A stretch of DNA of 64,000 bases from an uncultured Alphaproteobacteria bacterium (lineage in GTDB: Bacteria > Pseudomonadota > Alphaproteobacteria > Rhizobiales > Xanthobacteraceae), in contig OY970184.1 of assembly GCA_963708125.1 (NCBI GenBank), positions 4,623,010 through 4,687,009 on the forward strand. The letters are read 5' to 3'. Each line of letters begins with the position of its first letter. Position 1 is the first letter of the stretch. Under the pieces are notes generated by a model, which was not told the DNA's origin, searched no databases, and saw nothing but the letters and a program-made list of their open reading frames with translations. Positions 1 to 7,934 of the stretch are shown piece after piece. The position numbers and the translations under genes were made by a program.

Positions 1-483
1 GGCTGGAATTAGATGGCCGCTGCCGACCGAGTGGACCGACGACGTTCTGGACGAACGGCTGTTCGCGCGCAGCGGCATCAAGCCCGGCCGACGCCGTTAC
101 CGCGAACCGGATTGGGCGGCGCTTTCGCGCGAGCTCAAGCGGCCAGGTGTCAACCTGATGGTGCTGTGGGAAGAGTATCGGGCGAGCAATCCGACAGGCT
201 ACGCATATTCTCGTTTTTGTGATTTGTTCCGCGCGTTCGAACGTCGTTTGTCGCCGGTGATGCGCCAGCATCATGTCGCCGGCGACAAAGTGTTCGTCGA
301 CTACTCCGGCAAGAAGATCGAGATCGTCGACCCGAAGACGGGCGAGATACGCGACGCCGAGATATTCGTCGCCGTGGCGGGCGCATCGAACTACACGTTT
401 GCCAAAGCAACTTGGACACAAGCGCTGCCGGACTGGATCGAGGCGCATGTGGAGATGTTCCGATTTTTTCAAGGCGTGCCACG
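1..483 (+). pseudogene. IS21-family IstA transposase fragment (cut by the window edge on the left, broken at 483)
   Basis: nt 1-483 are the exact reverse complement of 9839-10321: ORF pairs 13..222/10100..10309 and 150..482/9840..10172 are identical and their coordinates sum to 10322. The peptide MVLWEEYRASNPTGY...HVEMFRFFQGVPR is an internal stretch of the 8920..10635 IstA ORF. Identity stops at 483|484. Confidence 0.9.
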
Positions 484-700
484 CGCCAGCACCCCGGTCG
501 GACCCCTTACGCGCTACATCATTGCCGATCTCTACCAGAAACGCGCACGTCAGAGCGGACTGCCACTCCAGGGTACGTCCTCCTACTGCCTGCGCCATTC
601 ATTTGCGATGCGGCTGCTCGATCGCGGTGTCGGCGTAAAGGTGATCGGTGATCTGCTGGGTCATCATACCCTGGAAAGCACTTGCGTCTATCTTCGGCTA
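484..700 (+). pseudogene. C-terminal fragment of a RitA-like tyrosine recombinase (lineage RIT-X), split by IS630; the last 22 codons resume at 3463..3528
   Basis: The translation ...SYCLRHSFAMRLLDRGVGVKVIGDLLGHHTLESTCVYLRL carries the box II RH and the C-terminal GH..Y motifs. Removing 701-3462 joins VYLRL to EAGALREVALPLPTVREEDAA*, which resembles the C-termini of the other RitA-like genes here. Its stop overlaps the next recombinase start as ATGA at 3525-3528. Confidence 0.75.
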
Positions 701-1088
701 GTACCTCGTCACAGTGATTTTGACTCTTTGATCTCGAGTTTCGGGTAGGCGCGGCCCATTTTGTCACGTGCTTTCTCAGTCGTGAACATCCATCTTATGC
801 GGGCGCGTGATGTATTGCGCTGCCGCTCCCAGGCATCGATTTCGGACACGAGGCGTTCCTTGCTATCGATGCGCCGATCCAGGCACTGACTGCGCAACAC
901 GCCAATTTCGATTTCTACCATGTTCAACCAGCTGGCGTGCTTGGGGACGTAGTGGAACTCCAGATGGTTCAACAGACGTCGGGCCTCGGCAGGCGGGAAG
1001 GCTTGATAGAGTGCTCCGGCCGTGTGGGTGGACAGATTATCCAGCACGACGCGGATGCCCGCCGCTTTGGGAAAGTGAACGTCTACTA

Positions 1089-2364
1089 GTTCATCGTTTC
1101 CAAAGTCCGAATCATATCAGGCGGCTCGATCGAGTTTGTAGGACCATGTGTGGACGACCGGATCCTGGTTGAAGTGGTCCATGGCCGCCGTGATGCGATC
1201 CTTGAGTTCCTGTTTGGATGCGACGCGGATGTGGCGCAACACCGAGCGAGTGAGCTTGGAGAAGAACCCTTCGATGAGATTGAGCCAGGAGCCGTGTGTG
1301 GGCGTGAAGGTGAATTCGAAGCGCCCCACGGGCTGCTGTGCAAGCCAGCCCTTGGTCTCCTTGGAGATGTGTGCCGAATGATTGTCGAGGATCAGCTTGA
1401 TCGCGGTATGGGCCGGATAGGCGGCATCGATCAGCTTGAGGAATTCGATGAATTCGCGACTACGGTGCCGATCCTTGACAAGGGCGTGAACCTGGCCGGT
1501 GAGCAGATCAATGCCGGCCAACAAACTGATCGTGCCGTGGCGCTTGTATTCGTGATCACGCGCAAACGTCGCATGGATGCCAGGCTCGGGCGGCAGGTCC
1601 GGTGCGGTCGTCGCAATCGCCTGAATGCTCGGCTTCTCATCATAGGAAATGATCGCCACCGCGTCGCTGGGTTTTTGCTTGGCTTTTGCCGCAGTCTCTT
1701 TAATGATCTTCACCTCGCGATAGACACACAGGACTTCCGCCATCTTGGCCTTAAAGTCGGGATCACGGCGTTCCAGGTAGTAACGGACCTTGTGAGGCTT
1801 GATCTCCTGCTCGTTGAGGATGATGCACAACGTGCCCTGAGCAAGCTTGCCCAGGCAAACGTGCCCCTCTCGCGGCCCATGTTCGCGCACATGACGGGCG
1901 AGCAGCCGCGTCGTCCACAATTCGTGGGGATAGCCGAGTTCCTTGGCCTTGCGGCAGGCCAGATTCACCACCCAGGCCTTGGCCTCGGCCGTGATTGTCG
2001 GCTTCCGGCCCGGGCGCGGCAGATCGTCCAGCGCCGCCATCGCGCCCAAGGCCAGGGCTCGTTCAACGCAGCGCTGAACGGTCAGATGGTGCACCCCTAT
2101 GGCCCTGGCCACCGCAAAAAAGGATGCGTCCTCCCGGTAGGCGAGCAGCATTCGCGCACGCTCGACCCGGCTCGCGGGTTCCGTCCGCGACCGCGCCACC
2201 GCAGTCAACCTGGCCGCATCCTCCTCACTCAGCGCCAACTCGATCGCATGCCGCCACCCCGCCATGATCTCAATCCCCGCTTCCGAATCAGAGCAGCGAG
2301 GCTACAACCCATGTCAGCAAAAATGAATCCACCCCATATGATGCTTTTCAACGAATCGATGAAC
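1089..2364 (-). mobile_element. IS630-family element (inner, 1,276 bp, apparently intact), nested in the outer IS630 transposase gene
   Basis: Terminal GTTCATCG at 1089-1096 and its reverse complement at 2357-2364. TA lies at 1087-1088 and 2365-2366, and the reconstituted target is CTAG. Confidence 0.9.
1117..2265 (-). CDS. IS630-family transposase (382 aa)
   Basis: Uninterrupted ORF. It has an N-terminal HTH region (ARSRTEPASRVERARMLLAY...) and a C-terminal DDE region (ILDNHSAHISKE...FTPTHGSWLNLIEGFFSKL). Confidence 0.9.
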   Translation of the reverse strand: MAGWRHAIELALSEEDAARLTAVARSRTEPASRVERARMLLAYREDASFFAVARAIGVHHLTVQRCVERALALGAMAALDDLPRPGRKPTITAEAKAWVVNLACRKAKELGYPHELWTTRLLARHVREHGPREGHVCLGKLAQGTLCIILNEQEIKPHKVRYYLERRDPDFKAKMAEVLCVYREVKIIKETAAKAKQKPSDAVAIISYDEKPSIQAIATTAPDLPPEPGIHATFARDHEYKRHGTISLLAGIDLLTGQVHALVKDRHRSREFIEFLKLIDAAYPAHTAIKLILDNHSAHISKETKGWLAQQPVGRFEFTFTPTHGSWLNLIEGFFSKLTRSVLRHIRVASKQELKDRITAAMDHFNQDPVVHTWSYKLDRAA

Positions 2365-3163
2365 TAGTTCCCGCATGCAAGCAGCGAAGTCGATGGCGGT
2401 GCGGCTCTCCGTGACTTTGACCTTGCGCCAGGGGCGATGCACGTCGAGGAAGATAAACAGATTGGCGGTGCCATTACGCTTGTACTCGCAATCGTAGCGC
2501 TCCAGCTGTCCGGGCTTGGCCTTGATCTGCTGACGAACCTCGCCGATGAGCTGGGTCGGGCTTTCGTCGAAACAGACCACCGGGCGCTTCCGATCAGGCT
2601 CTTCAGCATAGAGGTCGAGCACATCTTCCATGCGGGCGACGAATTCACCGTCGACCTGCGGGATGCACCACATGTCCTTGCGCCAGGGCTTGAGCTGGTT
2701 TTCCTGCAGGCGCCGGCGCACGGTCTCGCGGGAGATGTTGTCGTGCTCGGTGAGCCTGACCATTTCATCGGCGAGGAGTTCCAGCGTCCAACGGGCGCGG
2801 CCTTTGGGCGGGCTCGAACAGGCAGTTGCGACCAGCAGGGCCTCCTCTTTGCCGGAGAGCTTGCGGTCGGCACCAGGGCGGGGCTCCTCGCTGAGCGCCG
2901 CCTCCAGGTTGCCGATTACGAAGCGGCGCTTGGTCCGATAGACGGTCGAGCCGCCTACCCCGACGCTCCTCGCGATCTCCTCGTCACTGGCGCCGGCATC
3001 TGCCGCCAGCAGAATCTGCGCGCGCTTGAGCCTGCGTGCCCCATGTTTGCCGCCGCTCAGCAGCGCACTCAGTTGTTCGTGTTCGGATTGGCTCAGTTCG
3101 ACCCGATAGCGTACATTCATCCGTGCCTCCTCGCGTTGAGGCCCGGACGAACAGTTGAGTCGG

Positions 3164-3421
3164 ATGGCCGGAGTGAGTCGCCCTGCAAAAAGCTTCACGC
3201 CCAAGCAGGGCCAGTATCTCGCGTTTATCCACCTCTACACACGCCTGCACCGCCGGCCACCAGCCGAAACCGACATGCAGCAATATTTCCGCGTCAGCCC
3301 ACCCTCGGTTCACCAGATGGTGTTGACGCTTGAGCGGGCAGGCTTCATCCGGAGACAACCACGGACACCCCGCAGCATCGAAGTGCTCGTTGATCCCAAA
3401 CAGCTGCCCGAGTTACTTTGA
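3164..3421 (+). CDS. small winged-helix (LexA/MarR-like) DNA-binding protein encoded inside the outer IS630, divergent from its transposase
   Basis: 85-aa ORF from the ATG at 3164: MAGVSRPAKSFTPKQGQYLAFIHLYTRLHRRPPAETDMQQYFRVSPPSVHQMVLTLERAGFIRRQPRTPRSIEVLV. The pattern resembles a LexA N-terminal or MarR wHTH. It lies between the transposase start (3120) and the right IR (3437-3460). Confidence 0.55.
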   Translation: MAGVSRPAKSFTPKQGQYLAFIHLYTRLHRRPPAETDMQQYFRVSPPSVHQMVLTLERAGFIRRQPRTPRSIEVLVDPKQLPELL

Positions 3422-3524
3422 ATACGGGTCTAACCGGTCAAAACCTGTGTGCAGAGGTACTAGAGGCCGGAGCCCTGCGGGAGGTCGCGCTTCCTCTGCC
3501 GACAGTGCGCGAGGAGGACGCAGC

Positions 3525-4300
3525 ATGAGTGCGACATTAGCGGGCAGCGCGTTAAACCAGGTTGCCGCCCGATATTTGCGGAGACAACGCTCACTCGGGC
3601 GCGCCTATGTTCATGAGGAGCATGTAATAGACGCTTTAGGTCTGTTTCTTGAGAAGCACAGCTGCGCCGATCTCAATCGAGCCATCTTCGAGGCATGGTG
3701 CGCATCACAAGCTCATCTCTCTGCAAACACGCGACGCAATCGCCAGCGTATCGTGCGCAACTTTTGCCTCTATCGGCAGCGCACCGAGCCAACTTGCTTC
3801 GTTCCGGATATCAACCGCCTCCCACATCGGAAGCCGTATGCACCCCCGGTCATCTTCGGGGCGGCTGAGGTCGCCAGGATGTTGGCCGTAGCCGATCGTT
3901 TGGCGCCGACTTCAACCTCACCGCTTCGCCAGCGGTGATGCGACTTGCCGTGGTGCTACTCTACACGGCAGGGCTCCGTCGGGGCGAACTGTTGCGTCTC
4001 ACACTGGCCGATGTCGATCCCCGCGACGGCATTTTGCAGATTCGTGCGTCGAAGTTCCACAAGTCGCGGATCGTCCCGTTGTCGCCAGACGCCTGTCGGG
4101 AGCTGAGGCTGTATCTCCGGAAGCGACTTCGGCCACCTCTGAGCTGTTCAGCGGAAGCCCCCTTGCTTTGCAACAACATGACGCGTGTGCGTGGCTACAC
4201 AGGTAACGGCCTGCGGCAGGGAATCCAACAGCTATTCCGAGCAGCCAATGTTTGCGGCACTGACGGACGAACCCCGCGGGTCCATGATTTTCGTCACTAT
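3525..4300 (+). pseudogene. RitB-like tyrosine recombinase (RIT-X), 5' part; frameshift near 3936; interrupted after HDFRH by RIT copy 1
   Basis: MSATLAGSALNQVAARYLRRQRSLGRAY... continues in the +1 frame as MRLAVVLLYTAGLRRGELLRLTLADVD...KFHKSRIVPL...TPRVHDFRH. The codons CAT GAT TTT CGT CAC occupy 4283-4297. The 3' part resumes at 7725..7934. Confidence 0.8.
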
Positions 4301-4326
4301 GTAGCCCTCCGGACTATGTCGCGTAC
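4295..4326. repeat. RIT terminal inverted repeat, RitC-proximal end
   Basis: CACTATGTAGCCCTCCGGACTATGTCGCGTAC. The reverse complement of 7668-7699 is CACTATGAAGCCCTCCGGACTATGTCGCGTAC, 31/32 identical. The 11-mer GACTATGTCGC occurs at 4312-4322 and inverted at 4393-4403. Confidence 0.9.
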
Positions 4327-4412
4327 TCTGACGAACTCTCCAATTTTGGCTGTAAATATCGGATCGCCGGGCATAGAGGTTCAGTCGATTAGGCGACATA
4401 GTCTTGTCCAGG

Positions 4413-5411
4413 CTATAAGCCGTCCAGAAAGTTCAGCAGCTGATCTCCCGGGCGATAACGACTCGGCGAGCCGTGCGGCGATGAGATTTTGGCGAGGGCC
4501 TGCTCCTTCATCGCGAGTGTTGCTTCCAAATAGATCTGCGTCGTTTCTAGCGATTCATGACCGAGCCACATGGCGATGACCGCGCGGTCGACACCCGCTT
4601 GTAACAATTCCAGCGCCATCGTGTGTCGAAGCAGATGGACGGTGACCCGCTTTCCCTTCAAATAAGGGCACACTCTGGCAGCGTTCGCAGAATGTTTTCT
4701 CAACAGGTGCTGCACGCCATGAACGCTCAAGCGCTCGCCCTTTGCATTTGGAAACAACAGGCGTTTACTGCCTCTTTGCGGCTCAGATAGCCAAGCTCTC
4801 AGTACGGCAACAGTTGGCTTGGCCAATGGCGTACAGCGCTCCTTCCGACCCTTGCCTATGACCCGCACATGAGCGCCGCTTTCAAGCATGAGGTCGTCGC
4901 GTTTGGCGCCGGTGATTTCCGACAAGCGCAGACCCGTTTGGACCGCCGTCAGGATAAAAGCATGATCACGCCTCCCGAACCAGGTGCGACGATCGAGAGC
5001 AGCGAGCAAAGCATCGACTTCTTGACGTATAAGGAAACGGACGAGCGTGCGTGGGAAGCATTTGCTAGGGATAGCAAGCACACGCTGGATCTGTGCCGAG
5101 TGAGTTGGCAGTTCGAAAGCGGCGTAATGAAAGAATGAGTGGATAGCGGTCAGCCGCAGGTTGCAACTGCGCGCGCTCAGACCTTGATTCTTCTCGATCT
5201 GATCGAGAAACGCCACGACCAACGGGGCATCGATCTCTTCGAACCGCAGAGCTGAAGGTGGTTTATGCAACCGCTGCCGAGTGAACTTAAGGAACTGACG
5301 GAAGGTGTCGCGGTAGGAGCTGATGGTGTGCGGACTGACCTGGCGCTGCTGGATCAGACGCTGTGTGAAGAAGCGCTCCAGCAGGGGAGCGAGGCTGAGG
5401 AGGGTAGTCAT
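4413..5411 (-). CDS. tyrosine recombinase, RitC position (333 aa from MTTLLSLAPLLERFF)
   Basis: The full catalytic set is visible (...GLRLSEI..., HLLRHTMALELLQAGVD, WLGHESLETTQIYLE). The ATG at 5411 overlaps the upstream stop as ATGA (5408-5411). Confidence 0.85.
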   Translation of the reverse strand: MTTLLSLAPLLERFFTQRLIQQRQVSPHTISSYRDTFRQFLKFTRQRLHKPPSALRFEEIDAPLVVAFLDQIEKNQGLSARSCNLRLTAIHSFFHYAAFELPTHSAQIQRVLAIPSKCFPRTLVRFLIRQEVDALLAALDRRTWFGRRDHAFILTAVQTGLRLSEITGAKRDDLMLESGAHVRVIGKGRKERCTPLAKPTVAVLRAWLSEPQRGSKRLLFPNAKGERLSVHGVQHLLRKHSANAARVCPYLKGKRVTVHLLRHTMALELLQAGVDRAVIAMWLGHESLETTQIYLEATLAMKEQALAKISSPHGSPSRYRPGDQLLNFLDGL

Positions 5412-6361
5412 GGCCGCCTCTCCCAGCGCTGTTCCAGCCGCGACCTCGCCTCGTGCATCAACTCGGGCAGCGCGCTCAAATACCAAAAGGTATCGCTCCA
5501 GTGGACGTGCCCGAGGTAGGCAGACAGGATCGGCAAGCGCCGCTCGGCATTCTCCCCGGCGCGGTACCACCTCAATAATGTCTTCGAAGCGAACCCATGC
5601 CGCATATCGTGCAGTCGCGGCCCGCGACTATCGGACGGGCCGCGCAGCCCGATTTGACGAGATAAGGCGTAAAACGTTCGGCGAATGTCGCCGCCATCCA
5701 AGCGGTTGCCCCAGCCGGATACGAATAGATAGGAAGAGACCGGCCGGTTCGCCCACGCCTGCTCGCGTCGCGCCATGTAGTCGGCGAGCACTCTGCGGGT
5801 TGAAGCGTGCAACGGAACCAGGCGAGACTTGCCGAACTTAGCTCCCCGAATGGTCAGCACGCCGGATCGAAGGTCAACATCTTGCAGTTCGAGGTTTTGC
5901 GCCTCGCTGACACGCAGCCCCGTGACGCTTAGCAACCCGAACAGGCAATGGTAGGTCCAGGGCCGCAAGCCATTCTTGGCAGGAAGCTTCAGAGCGGCGC
6001 GCAGCAACTCTTTGATCTGTTTGTCGGAGTACATGTAGGGTTGCGCGCGCTTGGGCCGATACGGCAACAGCCCTGCGGCTGGAATTTGCGTACGCGGATC
6101 CATAGCGCTTCGGTGCCGCGCGAAACTTCGCACGCAGCTCAAACGTCGCGCCCACTCGCTCGGCTGCACGTTCGACGGTTGTTTGGCCCAGGCGAGCGCC
6201 AAAGATTGGGTGATGTATGAGGCGCGGCGCTGCTCCATGAACGTGACGAAGGCGAGCAAGCTCTTGCCGGCAGCCTCCAGCTTGTATCCCAAGCTGCGTC
6301 GCATGATCAGATACTCTTGAGCGGCTTGTCGGAGTGTGTTCATCGCACACCTCCCGGTCAC
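5408..6361 (-). CDS. tyrosine recombinase, RitB position (about 311-317 aa)
   Basis: Motifs GLRVSEAQNL, KFGKSRLVPL, LHDMRHGFASKTLLRWY and YLGHVHWSDTFWYL are present. The start is either the GTG at 6361 (GTGA overlap with the upstream stop) or the ATG at 6343. Confidence 0.85.
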   Translation of the reverse strand: MTGRCAMNTLRQAAQEYLIMRRSLGYKLEAAGKSLLAFVTFMEQRRASYITQSLALAWAKQPSNVQPSEWARRLSCVRSFARHRSAMDPRTQIPAAGLLPYRPKRAQPYMYSDKQIKELLRAALKLPAKNGLRPWTYHCLFGLLSVTGLRVSEAQNLELQDVDLRSGVLTIRGAKFGKSRLVPLHASTRRVLADYMARREQAWANRPVSSYLFVSGWGNRLDGGDIRRTFYALSRQIGLRGPSDSRGPRLHDMRHGFASKTLLRWYRAGENAERRLPILSAYLGHVHWSDTFWYLSALPELMHEARSRLEQRWERRP

Positions 6362-7572
6362 GGCAAGGCGAGTGTGCGCAGCGCATTGATGTCAACCTTG
6401 GTGTAGATCTTGGTGGTCTCAGGGCTACGATGCCCCAATAACTCGCCGATCTCGCTCAGCGAGGCGCCATGGCGCAACATCTCGGTAGCCAGTCCATGGC
6501 GAAACTGATGGGCTCCAGTGGTGGGCGCATCAATGCCGGCACGCAAGAGTGCGTGGCGAACAATCGTTCCGACGGCACTGGGACCTAAAAAGCCACGGAT
6601 GGGAGCTTTAACACGCAAAAATACGCGACGACTGGTGCTGCGTGGTCGTCCTTGTTGTAAGTATGCGGCGATTGCCTCGCCGACATCTTTGGGCAAGGGC
6701 AGTTGGACCAGCCGCCCCCCTTTGCCGTGAACGCTCAGGGAACCATCCTTCCAGTCGATATCATCGAGTTCGAGAAACACCACTTCGGTGGCACGCAAAC
6801 CCAACCGTGCAAGCAGCAACAAAATCGCATAGTCGCGTTGTCCGATCGCGGTATGTCGATTGATTTGCGTCAACATGGCGGACTTGATCCGCTGCAATCG
6901 CCCGAGGGATCGACGGCATCGACCAGTTCGCCACAACGGGCACGGCTGCAGCCAGATCCAGCCGGACAAAACCGCGATAGCGCGTGTACTGGAGGAAGGA
7001 ACGCAACGCAGTGGTCAGGAGCTTGGCTGTCTTCAAATGCAGTCGTGGCGTTTGGCGCTGAACAAACCGCACCACGTCTCCGGCACACAATTGCGAGAGC
7101 CTGACAGGTGCGCTGCCAAAGCAATCCTTGAGGAACTCGCGAATAAACCGGACGTAGTTGACAATCGTCGCCGTCGCCAGGGCGCGTTCCTCGCGCAAAT
7201 ACCGCTCATATGCGCGGACGTGTTGTTCGATCGGGCTTGGTCGAAGCTGGCGTATCTCGACCGGGATTAAATTGCCATCACGTAGAAAATCGAGGAGTTG
7301 CTTCAACGCCGCAGCATCACCCTCGCAAATCCGCTGCTGCCGCGCACGATATCGAAGGTACTGGTCGAAATGTCGAGATGAGACGCTGTGCAAACGCACC
7401 GACTTCTTTGCAAGCCATCGGCTAAAACCGACAGCGATCCGAATCCGCCTCCGCAGCGAACACGGCGCGTATCCCTGCCGCTCGCCCACTTCGAAAACGA
7501 GACAATGTAGGGCGCCAGAGGTCCCTCCGGCGCGCGTAACAGAACCACCTGATCGTTGACGATAAACTTCAT
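6358..7572 (-). pseudogene. tyrosine recombinase, RitA position, read in three frames (two frameshifts)
   Basis: Frame 1 gives MKFIVNDQVVLLRAPEGPLAPYIVSF (from 7572). Frame 2 gives ...GERQGYAPCSLRRRIRIAVGFSRWL...VANWSMPSIPRAIAADQ. Frame 3 gives ...SAMLTQINRHTAIGQRDYAILLLLARLGLRATEV...AHQFRHGLATEML...LLGHRSPETTKIYTKVD. The shifts lie near 7480-7500 and 6880-6900. Confidence 0.75.
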
Positions 7573-7667
7573 GGTCGACCCCTTCCCCTGCACAGGTTGA
7601 GAGAAGAGGCGAGACTATGTCGCGACCCACAGACGATTTGCGCCAAGAAACTGAGCCGTAATCGAAA

Positions 7668-7699
7668 GTACGCGACATAGTCCGGAGGGCTTCATAGTG
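7668..7699. repeat. RIT terminal inverted repeat, RitA-proximal end
   Basis: GTACGCGACATAGTCCGGAGGGCTTCATAGTG. The 11-mer GACTATGTCGC occurs at 7613-7623 and inverted at 7672-7682. Confidence 0.9.
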
Positions 7700-7703
7700 A
7701 CGA

Positions 7704-7723
7704 CTATGTCGCCGGCGACATAG
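7704..7723. repeat. 20-bp perfect palindrome CTATGTCGCCGGCGACATAG just outside the RitA-proximal IR of copy 1
   Basis: Read directly from the sequence. It is built from the same CTATGTCGC motif as the RIT sub-terminal 11-mers and is absent next to copy 2. Confidence 0.9.
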
Positions 7724-7724
7724 G

Positions 7725-7934
7725 CGCCACAGCTTCGCAGTCGGATCGCTGTTGCGATGGTACCAGCAAGGCGCGGACGTCCAATCCAATCTGCCGAAGC
7801 TTGCGATGTACATGGGGCACGTCTCAATTGTTTCGACCGCCTACTACCTGCGCTGGATTCCGCAGCTCGCAGCTGCAGCTAGCTATCGGCTCGAGACGCA
7901 CTTCGGCCACCTCATCACCGGAGGTGCCGTATGA
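7725..7934 (+). pseudogene. RitB-like recombinase (RIT-X), 3' part
   Basis: CGC CAC AGC TTC GCA GTC... translates to RHSFAVGSLLRWYQQGADVQSNLPKLAMYMGHVSIVSTAYYLRWIPQL, the expected continuation after the RH box. Its stop overlaps the next gene start as ATGA at 7931-7934. Confidence 0.8.

Larger units (their letters stand above)
709..3120 (-). pseudogene. IS630-family DDE transposase of the outer element, split into 2365..3120 (N-terminal HTH part) and 709..1088 (C-terminal DDE part)
   Basis: The N-terminal part reads MNVRYRVELSQSEHEQL...RNGTANLFIFLD...ACMRELV. The C-terminal part reads DVHFPKAAGIRVVLDNLSTHTAGALY...HYVPKHASWLNMVEIE. The two join in frame once 1089-2366 is removed. Confidence 0.85.
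701..3460 (-). mobile_element. IS630-family element (outer; native length about 1,482 bp), interrupted by a second IS630
   Basis: Imperfect terminal inverted repeats at 701-724 and 3437-3460: GTACCTCGTCACAGTGATTTTGAC versus reverse-complement GTACCTCTGCACACAGGTTTTGAC, 18/24 identical. TA is duplicated at 699-700 and 3461-3462 and reconstitutes a CTAG target. Excision restores the host recombinase reading frame. Confidence 0.85.
4295..7699 (-). mobile_element. RIT (recombinase-in-trio) element, copy 1 (3,405 bp shared with copy 2)
   Basis: Three overlapping tyrosine-recombinase genes on the minus strand sit between 32-bp terminal inverted repeats. The whole block recurs at 35271-38675 (offset 30,976), and I found only two substitutions (4546/35522 and 6788/37764). 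Confidence 0.85.

Noticed and set aside
4298-4330. The RIT terminal repeats stay in frame with the interrupted host genes (RH-YVALRTMSRT / RH-YEALRTMSRT), suggesting a functional fusion protein
   Set aside because: The read-through peptides lack the residues that follow box II in tyrosine recombinases, including the catalytic Tyr region. The open frame is more simply a by-product of the IR sequence.
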